From Fistulifera solaris (Eukaryota): a stretch of DNA of 64,000 bases. The stretch lies in the NCBI GenBank assembly GCA_030295235.1, contig AP026130.1, positions 1,116,001 to 1,180,000 of the forward strand, in the 5' to 3' direction. This document shows positions 1 to 12,900 of the stretch, piece by piece. Position 1 is the first letter of the stretch. Each line of letters starts with the position of its first letter. Below the pieces are notes generated by a model, which saw only the letters and a program-made list of their open reading frames with translations, did no database searches and was not told where the DNA came from. Made by a program: the position numbers and the translations under genes.

Positions 1-263
1 ACTACGCGTAGACACTGGACGGTTCGTGAAAGATTTTTTTCTGTGTTGATGATTTGATCGATGGTCATCGAAACGCAACGCATCATTCGCTGCAGGGTCA
101 AACCTATAATCATTAAACCAGACCTTTGAGACAATACATTGGTTTAGAAACGAAATATTAGTTAAAGGTTCACTCTTGATCTATTGGCTTGAAGGTATTA
201 AGCCAGTAGAGTTCGCTTGCAACTTGCAACAATACATCGAGTCGGGTTTCAATAAAGTCAACA

Positions 264-1269
264 ATGTCTGCTTTGGCAAAGAGTCAAAAGGCCAAGGCGG
301 AAACCTTTGTGCAGCAAGCTGAGGCCACCTTGAACAAGAAAAGCTGGTTCAGCAGCAGTAAAGAGCGCAACCAGGAAGATGCCGCGGAGACGTACTTGCA
401 AGCGGCAAACGCCTACAAAGTAGGAGGCTGGCAACAAGAAGCCGGAGACATTTATTGCAAGGCGGGAGAAATTTATCGCGATCTGTTGAAAAATCCGAAC
501 GAAGCTGCTAAGGCTTACAGCAACGCGGGTGAGTAATGATCGGAAGTTTATTTCATTTGTGTGGTCGTGTCTCTAAACATTGCGTATCGAAGGGTCTTGC
601 TACAAAAAGAGCCACCCGGCGGATGCTGTCTCTGCGTATCAGTCGTCGATTTCCCTCCTCACGGATGCTGGTAGGTTGTCGCAAGCCGCCAAATTGTGCA
701 AAGAATGTGCGGAACTGTACGAATCGGAAGAAGTTGGAGGGGACGCGAACAAGTCATCTGTAGTTTATGCGATCGAAATGTACGAACAAGCCGCCGAGCT
801 GTTCACCTTGGAAGATGCGAAAAGCTCCGTCAATCAATGCAACGCTAAAATCGCCGAACTCTGCAGTGCCGCTTTGGACCCTCCCGATTTGCTGCGAGCA
901 TCCCAGTTATACGAAGACTTAGGTCGTAATTGCTTGGATTCCAATTTGCTCAAGTTCAATGCGAAAGGATACTTTTTGCAGGCGGTTTTGTGCCATCTTG
1001 CGAACAATGATGCCGTTGGCGGCCGTGAAGCGCTGTCCCGATTTGAAGGATTAGACTACACCTTTTCCGACTCGCGTGAGGGAAAGTTTGCCACGCAGTT
1101 GGTGGATTGTGTCGAGGGTATGGATGCCGAAACGCTTGCGACAGCCTGCTTTGAGTATGATCGCATATCCAAACTCGATCCATGGAAGACTTCGATGCTT
1201 GTGAAAGTCAAGCGTAGCATCGAAGGTGACGAGGGTGGCAACGACGAAGATGATTTTGATTTGACTTAA
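264..1269 (+). CDS. SEC17: Alpha-soluble NSF attachment protein (alpha-SNAP/Sec17); 2 exons, intron 529-592
   Basis: A GTGAGT...AAG intron joins ORFs 264-536 and 580-1269 in frame. SNAP motifs QAANAYK, LLKFNAKGYF, DYTFSDSREGKF, EYDRISKLDPWKTSMLVKVK and an acidic DFDLT tail. Confidence 0.95.
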
Positions 1270-1546
1270 TGAATTAACCGGCGTTTGAGATTCATTCTAT
1301 AAAAAAGAACATTTTAATAATTGAATATTTATGTGCAAAAAGCTTTTATCGTTTGCGACGTAGGAACGGAGGCAAGCTTCTTACAATTTTCAAATCCCAA
1401 AGACGCCAATTATGGTCAAAGCAGCGTGCCAACTTCGGTGACGACAGTGTTCGAAAGAAACAGCAGGTTATAATTTATGCAAACTATCTAGAATCTTGAA
1501 AACGCAAATCAGCATTGACTACATATTATGATGAAAAGAATTTACT

Positions 1547-3272
1547 TTACTTCTTTGCCCGATAGAAGTTGAGATACGACATGTGCCAGTCTCCACCGCC
1601 CTTTAATTTCAATACATCCTCAGTCTTACACGGACTCACTTCATCGTCATCGTACACATACCAATCTTCATTGTCTACGTCCGTATCGGCGATCTTCTCA
1701 ACCTTCCCGCCGCTGGAATTGTTGTCGGCTTTGACCCAAGCCATGTAATGACCCCCGTCTGCATCACGCCCCTTGTGTGTAACAACGGCGAAAAGCTCGT
1801 AAATGCCTTGAAAGTTTTCAGGCAAACCAGGACCCACCGGTGCCAAGGATTCTTCCATACTCATGGCTAACGCAGACTTGAGCTCGTCATCCATCTCAAC
1901 TTCTTCTTCTTCTTTGGCTTTGTCCTCCACTTCCATTGCGTCGACATTACCATTCTCCAACTGGCCCTTTAACTTTCGGTTGATTCTATCTTCTTCCTCC
2001 GCCAACGCTTTGTCGCGAGAGACTTTCAAAACCTTTTGAATTTCTTCCGTGCAAAATTCATACACATCCAAGGTGGAAGAGAATGCCACCGGCTTCATGA
2101 TTTTGCACTTGACTGGAAAGGGAATGATTGTTAGCAAGACTATATCTATCGATGCAGTCAACAATACAAGTGTGTACGTACCACCAGCATGGTCTTGAGA
2201 ATCAGGCGTCGCCTTCCAATAAAAGCGACCAAATTGCACAGCAATCACGCGCGGAAGGCGAGCAATGCGCTGGCGCCGTGTCCACATAGCGTTACGGCCC
2301 AGGACATCCGAGTGTTTTTCAATCTTTCCTTCGAGCGCCAATTGAATCCCCTCCGCAATGTGTGATACATTCAAGTTTGACTGCATGTCGCTCCCACCTT
2401 GGATGTTACATACCAGCTTACGGTGCAAATCGTAAGAAATGACGGGTGGCTCGGCGTCGGAAGAAGGAAGCTCGTCGCACGTTAGCGTTTCCTTCATTTT
2501 CAAACCAAACAAGGCATCGATCAAGTTATCGGCACCGGATAGCTCGGATTCTGTGACTCCATTTTCGAATCCTGCCTTAATAATTTCTGGTTTGTTCAAC
2601 ACGGACGAAGCGGTTGTCAATACTCCCGAGAAGAATTCTTCGGCATCTTGTTGCATCGGCTGCCCGTGGGGACCTCGTTGCGCAAACTGAGGAAAGACGA
2701 CACGCGTCGCTTGCAGCAACGAGGCAGGATGAACCGCTGTAGCTTGTGAATCCAATTTTTGCAACGTTTCTCGCAACGACGTAACCATCAACGCACTTTG
2801 TGCCTGACCAGGATTCGAGCCGAGCGATGAGTTCACCTGGAATTGTTGCAACGATCGTCGAAGCGGGGGAAACCGCACGCAAGCATTGTACGACGGAGTT
2901 CAGGTAACATGTATTTCCCAAATTGACTAGACCCGAGGGATCTTCGACGGCTGCGGCTTGTTCTGGGGGAAGATCCTCAAGAAACACAGTTTTATTGGTG
3001 GGGGCAGCCACTTGCGTAGCACTCCCCATCAACAAAACTTGAATCGGAGGTTTTAGGCTTTTCCAGTCGACGCTTCCCAAATCGAAATCATCCTTTAGTA
3101 CACCCTTCCAGAGACCTTTGGTTTTCGCCATCAACTTGACGCGCTCAGCAGGGACGCCGGTAAGGTCTTGAATTTCTTGTTTCCAATGCTTCACTCCAGC
3201 GGCGGGGGCACCGCTGTACTCCAACGTTTCCTTGCCCCATTTAATTTCCAGCGTTACACTATCCGCAGACAT
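1547..3272 (-). CDS. USP14: Ubiquitin carboxyl-terminal hydrolase 14 (USP14/Ubp6); intron 2113-2181, 1-nt frameshift near 2871
   Basis: N-terminal ubiquitin-like domain (IKWGKE, LTGVPAERVKLM, LLMGS), Cys box GLVNLGNTCYLNSVVQCL, QQDAEEF, His box VVTHKGRDADGGHYMAWVK, KLKGGGDWHMSY. In-frame 69-nt GTACGT...CCAG intron. An extra T in GTTTCCCCC splits the two ORFs. Confidence 0.93.
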
Positions 3273-4721
3273 TCTTCGAAGCGATTATCACGAAGCAAAT
3301 CTTATGTATTGCTTCTTTACAATCCGTAATCCTTTATTGTTTCGTAAAGGATAAGATCATTGCCATCGTCGTCACAAACGGCCTGCTTCGGAAACTCATC
3401 GATGTGCTGAGAAAACGGGACTGGAAAACATTTCGGTGAAACACGAGCTGCCTACTTTTGGTGTCACTGTAGATCTTCAACTTATTTTGAAGGAGCGATC
3501 AGGTACGGTAGTCTAATCCATCGTGAAAGGTCAAAAACACCAATCGATCTCATTAATTATACGATAATGTTATTTTTAAAATAACATCCTTTCTAGAATT
3601 TGGTTTTAACCGGGCTTCGATGCATGGATGTTCATCCCATAGACAACAACCGAGACTCGATTCGGAAACGAATAAACCGTTGGTTTACCTTAATCAACTT
3701 TGGCCGATGTATCGTCTCGTCTAGATTCGTTCTCAAATGAATGAGTTATAACACTCGTGGGTCAAACATAAAGGTAGCGTTGTCAAGCCGTTCTCTTGTC
3801 TTAATCTTGGTAGCGTTCAATAACTTTCTTGTCCGTCATCGAATGAAACCGAGAGCAAGCGAGAAGACGACGGAAGTGAAAGTCCGATGAAGTGCGCAAT
3901 TAGAACTCCAGTCTAGAGTCTCTAGTTTAAGCCCAACTGGTTCAGCAACTGGTACAAATTTTTTAATCACAATAGGTACGAATTACGCATTCACTTCGTA
4001 AGAGGGAATGAAGGAAATGGAAGCGGTCAGAAGCCAGAATGGCGTTCAATGTAAGGACGTAAAAATCTAGTTCAAATAATGATCAAAAACTCGAGGCTCG
4101 AGGAGATACGGAGATGCAGATACAGTAGATGACGAATGTTGATTGATGGATCGCCCAACTGGGCAACTGGGCTCTTTCTATGATTCCGAATCTCCAAAGT
4201 CCGAAGGGCAAAGGGAGGGGCTATTAACATGAAACATGACTCCATAAATGCATAAGTGCCTACAGTAGGGAAAAACGGAAAACTTGGGAGAGAACGAGAA
4301 GGTTCATAGCAGCACGATTTATGCTCAACTTCAAGGGAACACGAGAGAATGATTGGCATTAATTGGCGTGTCCCATGATTTGAAATGAAAAGGAAATCGA
4401 CTTCTCACACCTTACACCTTACACCTTACTACTGTAGTTCGATAAGGATGACCTCATTCTTCATTCGGCGTTTCTGTGCTCTACCTCCTGTTACCTGTTA
4501 CGGAAGATTTTGATTAAAGTTCAACATAGCCACTGGGATAGGTACTTTTTATCGTATACTAGAGGTACTTTCGACTTGTCCGTGACTCTGACACTGACAG
4601 CTAGAAAAAATCATCGTCCTCTCCTCGAAAAAGAAAAAACGGCGCATGTGAAAAAATTGCGAGAGCGATTTATTAGAAGCATAAAATTTACCATCATCTC
4701 CAACAAATCGACATTGCAGGC

Positions 4722-5392
4722 ATGTTTTCTCCTCAACGCGAGCTTCGTTCTCGTTCACAATGGCAAAGCGATGCAGATATTCATCATAGGCGACAGATGG
4801 TCAAATTCATGTAAGTACGATCGTCCTCTCGTCGCCTTGGTGAACCCCCGTACTAACGCGTTGTCTTCTTCTTCGGTCGTCTTCCCAACAGCCTCAGTAT
4901 TCTCGTATCCGGAACAGGGCCGCGTTCCGCGAACGATATCCGATCAGTTATTGCGGTGGCCAAAAAAGCGGAACTGGATATGTACAAGCATGCAAAAGAT
5001 TTTGATACTTACAGCGATGCATCGACGGTAAAGAAAAGAGTTTCGGAGTTTATACGTCGCTCAAGAAACTCGTCTTCGTGGCAATCCGATAAAAATTTTG
5101 CGGCCCGAAGACGAATGATTAAGTTGATGTAAGTCGATCTTGCAAAACTTTTCCATGTTTGAGTTTATCTCATGGAATTTCCGTCAATGTTTTGATCTAC
5201 AGAACCACGTTTCTGAAAAAAGAACTTCAAGTGCCAGACGACTTGCCAAATAACACGAAATTTATCTACATAGTTGCCAGGCATGTCGAGGCGTCCATGT
5301 ATAGAAACGCACCATGCTTCGAAATGTATGCCGACGACCGCACCGTTGAAAGCCGAATCCGCTCGATGCAAGTATCGCTCCTTGAAAGATAA
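4722..5392 (+). CDS. Small protein (171 aa) of two tandem KIX-like domains; exons 4722-4810, 4892-5128, 5203-5392
   Basis: Manual splicing at GTAAGT...CAG introns 4811-4891 and 5129-5202 gives one open frame: MFSPQRELRSRSQWQSDADIHHRRQMVKFI/LSIL...AKKAELDMYKHAKDFDTYSDASTVKKRV...WQSDKNFAARRRMIKLI/TTFL...ARHVEASMYRNAPCFEMYADDRTVESRIRSMQVSLLER*. The pattern resembles MED15/CBP-type KIX domains (from recall, not searched). Confidence 0.8.
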
Positions 5393-6540
5393 TCTAGATT
5401 GTTTCATTTATTCCATGCTTTACTTTCCAATAAATTCTACTAAAAGCAAGTCATAATTTTGGAGTCTGGCCGTAGCTAGCACTATAAAACTACTGCCCCG
5501 TTCGTTCCGTGAGTTGATACCGTGGCTATTTGCATTCAATCCATCGTCGCAGTAGACTTTTCAGCTACGTATGGTCAATCGATGGGACGGGGGTGATTGG
5601 TAGTTGTGGTGGGGGAGGGTTGAAAGTGGGGTTTTAGTTTGGGGTTGTGTTGGGGGCCTGTTCCAATTGCTGGGCTGGGTATCAAAGTGGAATACTCTTC
5701 GACACAGCTCTTCGCCATGGTTGACAAAAGTCATCCAATCTTCTCGCGGAGTCCTGCCTAGCTTAGAAATGTCATCACAGGTGATATTGATTTCTTATTT
5801 GAGTTAGTCAAATAAGGACAGTACATATATAGAGATTCTATAAAAGTACAGTCATGCTTCCAATCACAGAGGCCAGACGCTTGACGAAACGAGGGCCATT
5901 CGATCAATCATGCGCAGCACGGAAAGTATGTAAATTTATTTTGTAAATCATACAAATTGCTTTAGACTTTTTTAATGCTTGGTTGCGCGAGCCGTATTTT
6001 TTCTAGGCGCGTCAACGGACGAGACGACGTTTCAACGGGCGATGCCAGACAGCTAGGTTCTTGTAACTTGTAACCTTGGTTCTAATAATGGCTGTCAGAT
6101 GACACTAGAAAAAATACTGCTATGACAGATGACCCATCGGTCCATCTCTCAATTCTCAACTCTCAACTCTTACTTCTAAAAAGTACGGAGTAGCACTTAC
6201 CCATTGACCAGGTGATCTATTTCATTGGTTCGACATCGACTATTAACATCCACGGATTTCCCTGTTCTAATCCGTCAAGTTGAATTTCACGCTGCTGTCA
6301 AATCAATAGTTTTATCTTTCCTTCCGATGAGTGGCGGCGAGCGGAGAGTCCGATGGATAGGTTCCGTGAAAAACCTAAACCTCGAGCTAGAGAGCTGCTT
6401 GTGCAATTAATGGACGGCATGGTATGGTAATGGCATTAAAGCTAGACAAATTTCTGTTCAATGATTCGACTATGCATATTTGCAGCTGACTTTTTATGAA
6501 ATAACCAAGTCTAGATTTTATTGTCTACGCTTCCAACTTA

Positions 6541-8052
6541 TTAGCATGAACAGCACAGAAGCCAGTTCCAGGAATCATAGCTGTTACATGTAATCCCTCT
6601 ATCATCAACCAGATGCTCTGCACTTTCCTTCTCTTGCGCTGCCTTACGTGTCCGAAGTTCCTCTTGTAGCCAAGCTAAGGCATCCGACATGAAAATTGCT
6701 TCTAAATACACGACGGAATCGTGTGTCAACGCTAGAGGCATCCGCTTGTATTGGCGGGGTCCGCACGTGTACTGAGGCTGTAAACCGTCCAAAGGAATCC
6801 TTCGTGTTGTCACTAGTCTTCGTTGCTGGCGACGTCGTCTTTCATAGAGCTTGACTTCTAATGTTGTCGGCGCTTGAGTACCTCTCAAATTGCGCGTCAA
6901 GCGCAAACCACGTTCTGCCGGGACAAAGGCGTTTCCGGACGGTCTCAAAACAAAGTTTTCAAGACAATCCTCGTAGGCCAGTTGAATGATCCAAGTAGAG
7001 CGCGGATTCAAGCCAGATGCCGAAGCCACTCTCACCTCTATCGCGCTAGCCGCAAAGACTGCTGGAGTATGTACCAGAAATGGAGGTTGAAGAAGACTAG
7101 CTCTAATGCGGTCGCTTTGTCGCGAGCCGGTCGATGTTTCCGAGCTTGTAGGATAAGACCGCGGAGAAGAAAGGGCCACTGGCTTGCGAGGAAGGAACGA
7201 ATCGTGACACATCTTACGCAATACAACCATTGTTATTTTTGCTGTATTGGCTACGTCCCATCGTAAAAGGACGCCATATTGCATCGACAAGAATCCCATG
7301 CGCAACTCGACTAGTGAACGCGTTTCAACAAAGGTAGCGTTTCGCTCTGAAACTATAGCATTTTTGCGTTTCACGGAAGCCTTGCTTGTTTCACTAAGCG
7401 CGTGTTGAGCCAGTAATCGCATTTTGGCACGAAGCTTTTCCAGACAAGCCTCCCTCCCGAGTGCGCAAATTTTTGAACCAACAGGCTCGCCTAGCCCTTT
7501 GTCTTTTTGCATACGACACTGCGGGTGAAAATACATTGCAGGGTCATTGAGCTGTTTCGTATCCAGCTCAGCAAAAGACACTGTAAAAACCGAAGCTTCT
7601 GTGTTACAAGCCGATATCCGACTGACGCGTGGAGGAGTGCGCCGCCGTGAGAGTTTTATGGGTCTTCTCCGCTTGCGTGAATCCTCTTGGCTTTGATCGA
7701 AGCTCTCGACCGATTCAAATCCTAGACTTCCACTCGCATCATCCTGAAAATCTCGATCCTTTTGTTGCTGTTGTTGCTTCAGTAGTTGTGACTGTTCGTG
7801 AAGCAGCGACTCAATGCAAGCGTCATGCAATGATGAATAATCAACCGAATTTAAATCACCGTTTTGAAAATCACGATGAAGAGCCGAACTGAACGCATCC
7901 CGTGATCCTGTCGCGCAGCTGTCGTCACAGCCGAGCAGTTCCAAACCACAGCTGTTGTCGATCAAATCGGAGAATAACGAGTTGCAATTAGCCGCGCCTC
8001 CGCTGTCCCGTGTTGTCTTTGCCGGCCATATCCGCTTTTGCTTGATAGCCAT
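6541..8052 (-). CDS. Hypothetical protein (~500 aa), possible C2-like beta domain near the C-terminus
   Basis: Long uninterrupted ORF; likely ATG at 8052 (MAIKQK). Conserved-looking block ETRSLVELRMGFLSMQYGVLLRWD. The C2-like call (IEVRVASASGL...LEVKLYE) is weak. Confidence 0.7.
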   Translation of the reverse strand: MAIKQKRIWPAKTTRDSGGAANCNSLFSDLIDNSCGLELLGCDDSCATGSRDAFSSALHRDFQNGDLNSVDYSSLHDACIESLLHEQSQLLKQQQQQKDRDFQDDASGSLGFESVESFDQSQEDSRKRRRPIKLSRRRTPPRVSRISACNTEASVFTVSFAELDTKQLNDPAMYFHPQCRMQKDKGLGEPVGSKICALGREACLEKLRAKMRLLAQHALSETSKASVKRKNAIVSERNATFVETRSLVELRMGFLSMQYGVLLRWDVANTAKITMVVLRKMCHDSFLPRKPVALSSPRSYPTSSETSTGSRQSDRIRASLLQPPFLVHTPAVFAASAIEVRVASASGLNPRSTWIIQLAYEDCLENFVLRPSGNAFVPAERGLRLTRNLRGTQAPTTLEVKLYERRRRQQRRLVTTRRIPLDGLQPQYTCGPRQYKRMPLALTHDSVVYLEAIFMSDALAWLQEELRTRKAAQEKESAEHLVDDRGITCNSYDSWNWLLCCSC

Positions 8053-8677
8053 TTTATCGTGAATGTTTATGCAAGATGGTTTATCAACAAAATATAATTG
8101 ACACAAATACAAGAAGGTTTAATGAATTGCTTCGGAATAAAAGTCATGTCGTTTGATGCTGGCATCTACTGCGTTTGAAGTCAAACAGCAACAACAACAA
8201 CGAAGCACAAAAACGAACGACTGCTCTGTTCAGGATCAGAGTGTGGCTTTTAGTGTAGGGACCTCTGGCGTCAAGAAAATGCACTTCTCCCCCTACTGCG
8301 TCTCTTGAAAAATTCATCCAACGCATTTGCTAAATAAATTTGAATTTCCACTAAGTGACAAACAAGATACTCGGTGTCATTATCCGTTGTAGAACTGTTC
8401 TTAGGGCCAAAGATTACTGCGTGACTTGAGGCTTATACTGTACAGTACGGCATACTGTAGTCGAGCGGCGGACTTAACCTTTAACCCTGATTATGTCCAA
8501 GGATCGTGACTGCGCTATAAAGCAAGGACCATGTGAACCTTGCCATGAACAGCTATGACTATGAAGCCCAATCAGTCATCGTGATCCCAAATCGCATCAA
8601 TTATCCTGATACACACATTTTCGTCTCGGCTGAATTTCAGATCTTTGAAACCTTATCACAAAATCTTTAATCATTTC

Positions 8678-9522
8678 TCAAGACTCGGAAAGAGTAGTTT
8701 CGTCGGCCTTCTGTACTCGCATGCTCGTTATGTACGATAATTCAGGGAATTCCTGTTGTAGATAAATGTTTCCTTTGTTCACGATCTGCCCCTGATTTGG
8801 TCTCTCTCGATATTTCGAACTGATTTTATCGATATATTCCATTCCTTCTATGACTTCTCCGATGGGCGCAAAGCCCTGTTGGTCGAGGGCTGGGTTATCG
8901 TTGAGATTGATAAAAAGTTGTGTTGTTCGGGTGTTCTTCCCAGACGTAGCAAAAGTGAGCGTCCCTCGTTTATTCGATTCTTTTACTGGATCATCTTGTA
9001 AAACTTTTGTTTTCCATTCCGACTGTATACTGGGGTTGCCATTGATTCCAAATTGCACCACAAAATTCGGCAATACCCGAAAGAATCGGCACTCGTCATA
9101 AAATTGTGCCTCGACGAGTTCCAACAAGTGGGCTGCTCCGATCGGAGCCCAGTCGGGACGAACTTCAATTATCACATTATGCGCATCCGTTTCACCGGTC
9201 AGACCAGCTAAAGTCATAACGAGATGCGGGGGTGTTTGGTAACGACCGTGTCATCAGTTCCGCCCGCGTCGTCGGTCTTTTCAGAAGTGTGTCTCAAATG
9301 CTGCTCTTGTTGACGAAGTAATAGTTTCTCAGGCGTGCTGCCGCTTTTGATGCGGTATTGTCGTTTCGTACGAAAGTGATCCATTTCAAAGAGCAATGCA
9401 CAGAAAGCGAGCAGAGCCGTCATCCACGCAATGACTTTTAGCAATCGAACGTACGAGCCACCTGTCGCTCGGGAGCGCCTTATTCGTCGTTTCATCTGCT
9501 GAGGAGGCTTTTGCATTGTCAT
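8678..9522 (-). CDS. Membrane-anchored cyclophilin-type peptidyl-prolyl isomerase; frameshift near 9236
   Basis: Cyclophilin motifs WAPIGAAH, FYDECRFFRVLPNFVVQFG, SNKRGTLTFA, RTTQLFINL, GFAPIGEVIEGM. The upstream ORF has a single TM segment (LLKVIAWMTALLAFCALLF) and joins after one indel. Confidence 0.88.
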
Positions 9523-9612
9523 TAAAATTAATTTACGAAAGGGCTGTGTAGTATAGAGACACACGTTTCAACGATAGAGGTCTTTTGCGAAGAAGACATG
9601 AAAATGAAAAAG

Positions 9613-9794
9613 GTCGAAAATACCACACACCCACATTTTTTAGGAGACGTGAAAAACCACACTCCCATATTTTCTGGATACGTGAAAATACCACCCGCCC
9701 ACATTTTCTGGAGGCGTGAAAATACCACACCCCCACATTTTCTGGATACGTGGAAACCCACTCCCTCACATTTTCTGGAAACGTGAAAAAATCA
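9613..9794 (+). repeat. Minisatellite array A: ~5.5 copies of a 33-34 bp unit, approximately ACGTGAAAA(T/C)ACCACACNCCCACATTTTCTGGNN
   Basis: Units read directly, e.g. acgtgaaaataccacccgcccacattttctggag and gcgtgaaaataccacacccccacattttctggat. Lies between the divergent cyclophilin and helicase starts. Confidence 0.95.
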
Positions 9795-9921
9795 GATGCG
9801 GCCAGAGGCCAAGGCACAATGGGAAAAGAACCGTAAGGTTTACTGATATTCTTTTACTTTGCATGTTGAATTTGTTTACATCCTTTTTATAACCCCATGT
9901 AAAACACATTTTGCTGTCGTC

Positions 9922-12900
9922 ATGGCGCGCAAAAAGGCCAAGGCTAAAGGTTCTGACACGCGGGGATACAATCAACAAAACAACTCGCATCAACTTCCGC
10001 CCAAGCGAAACACACCGTCTCACGAAGCCAAATCATCGTATGATGTCTCGAAAACCCGAACGTGCACGCTCCGTCTTACTGAAGCCATGGAAACAGAATT
10101 GCGGGAATTTTTGGGTGAATTTCCTTTGCCACAAACGACGGCGCTCCCGTCGGATCGCTTTGGAAAACGGCTCACCAACATTTACGATCGACTGATCGAT
10201 CTAGGCTTTGCCTTCCAAGATATCCAACAAGCTGTGTCGCAGTTGCGCTATCACATCACTTTAGAGCTAGCGCTAGACTGGCTGTGCTGGCATGTTGATG
10301 TTTTACCTCCAAGATTCACGGACGAACGACTCGATGTGTCAACAAACTCGTCCTTGGTCTGGGTGGAGCCGATGACGAAAGCAGTAAGGACTTCAGAGAA
10401 CAAATCAACTGTGGAGAGAGATTTCGACACTACAGTCGAGTTCGCTAAGCCCGGCACTCTTTACCAGAAATTCCAAGGAGGAGATCAGTGTGATGAAAAA
10501 GATACTGCCATGTCGGATGCTCAAAAGCAGTGGCTTCTTTCGCAGTATCAATACGAGGAGGAGGAAGACGGAGAAAAAGAAGATGACCATGACTTAAGCA
10601 TGTCATTAGACGATTCTTCACCCGGCACTATACTACGCGAAGATGATGAATTGAACCGGGATAGATTGAGACTGAAGCAACTCAAGGTGGAATTGGAGCC
10701 CCTGGAATCGCAATTGAATGACGAGGCGTCGTGCTATATTATGAGTAAGCACGAGCTCAAGGCGATGCACAGTCGCGTGAAACCTCTCAAAGGTCAGATT
10801 AAAGTGCTAGAAGAAAAAATCGCTGGTCGAGAAAGGAAACTTGAGCTCCAAAGTCCCGTACATGAGCCTTTAGTAGACGGTGATAACGAAGAGGACAATT
10901 TTTGGATATTTTTAGCATGAGCAACGAAGATACCAATTCTAACGTTGATAAAGCAATGTCCTCACAAGTGAAAAAAGATGATGGAGACGAAATCCCGCTA
11001 ACTATCCCGAAAGATTCCGTGCCGAAATCGTGGACGGGGATGAAACCCAAAGCTCTTCTCGAAGATTACTGTCGACGACACAAGCTTCCTCAGCCATCAT
11101 TTCAGCGTACGACGAAAACCTCGTGTACACTAAGATTGAAGGGTTCGACGGGTGAAGCAGAAGTGGGAGTGATTTATCAGAATGGCCCAACGCTTGATGA
11201 TGCGCAGCATTTTGCTGCAACAAAAGCATTGTTTCAATTAGATTCGAAGGCAAACATTCAACACCTCCTACCTCCTTTTCATCGCCAAGTTTGGTCGGAA
11301 TGGAGGAGCACGGCAAAATTGATGGAAGATAGAATTAAAATAGATGAGGGGGCGAAACGTAAAAACGAAATTGATCAGCTTTTGAATCTGTTATCTAACG
11401 ATGACGAGGTGGGTCGCCAAAACAACAAAAGTAGAACACGGGCTAGAGGACATGATGGATATAAACGACCAAGCAGAATATCTATGGAAGGAAGTGAAAG
11501 AATTAAATTTGAGCAGTTCAGCTCGCTTATCTCAAGAGAGCATTCAGCTGAAGAACGAGTTCGAGACCATGGTAAAGTCTGAGCAATATCGAAGGCATTT
11601 AGAACTGAGAGAGAAACTTCCCGTTTACGGCTTTCGAGATTCAATCATAGAAGCTATCGATAATAATCCGGTCACGATCATATCCGCAGAGACAGGAGCA
11701 GGAAAAACTACTCAGGTTTGTTATTGAATTGTTTTCTGCCCAGCACGTGTTTAATTGAGTCTAACGTCTTTCGCAGGTACCACAGTTTCTTCTATCGACT
11801 GCTTTATTACAAGGAAAAGGAGGTCTCACATCAATAATATGCACACAGCCTCGAAGGGTTGCCGCTACATCTGTCGCTGAGCGTGTTGCGGAAGAGGTTG
11901 GAGAGCGGTCTGTTGGCGGTTTGGTCGGCTATCAGATTCGAATGGAAAGTTCCAAATCCAGTCGAACAAAGCTTCTCTTTTGTACAACAGGTGTCATCCT
12001 GCGTCGACTAATCGAAGACCCTATACTGAACGGTGTATCGCACGTGGTAGTTGATGAAGTTCACGAACGCCAGTGGCAAATCGATGTTCTCCTCATGTCA
12101 CTGAAAACACTCATGCAAGGGAGACGACCGGATTTGAAAGTAGTTTTGGTAAGTCATTCCAGGCTCCGTCCTTATTGATTATCAACTTAAAACTCACAAA
12201 AAGACACTAAGATGTCAGCCACACTTGATTCTGGTCTTTTCTCGTCCTACTTTTGGTCTGCCCCTGTGTTGAGCGTCCCAGGGCGGACCTTTCCAGTGAA
12301 GAATTACTTTCTGGAAGATTTGCTCGAAAAGACAGGGCACATCATCGAAGAAGATTCTCGATACGCACATAGAAGCTTTGTACGAATGGACAAGGTTGAT
12401 TTACAGATAACGGAACGCGGGGGACGAAAGAGACGCGATGTCGCCTACTTGCAATCGCAGACAGATGCAGAAGTCTCAAAAGAATTCATGGGTTACTCGA
12501 TGTCTACGCGAAGGTGAATACATTGAATATATTGCGCATTACTTTGTCGCTGTACTAACTCGTTTGTTTTCAAGATCGATGGACAGAGTTGATGAGACGA
12601 TCCTCAACTATGACCTGATTGAAGATGTCTTGGAGCTTCTCTTCTCTCATTCAAACACCTTCACAACAACGGACAATGTTGAAGTAAAGAATGGAGCTGT
12701 ACTAATTTTTCTTCCGGGCTTGCGAGAAATTCGAACATTGATGGATCGACTGTCAGGAAGAACGATCTTCCGCAATAACGATAAGTTAGAGGTGATACCG
12801 CTGCATTCATCATTGTCATCAAAAGATCAACGGCGAGCATTCAAGCCAGCAAACAAAGGGTGCCGAAAAATCATCATTTCAACGAATATTGCAGAAACTA

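Noticed and set aside
4510..5031. 173-aa ORF as a gene or transposase fragment
   Set aside because: It runs out of frame across exon 1, intron 1 and exon 2 of the KIX-like gene; no transposase motifs.
9528..9817. Short repetitive ORFs over the arrays (also 57871-58285 and 42157-42357)
   Set aside because: By-products of a repeat unit close to a multiple of 3; no independent coding evidence.
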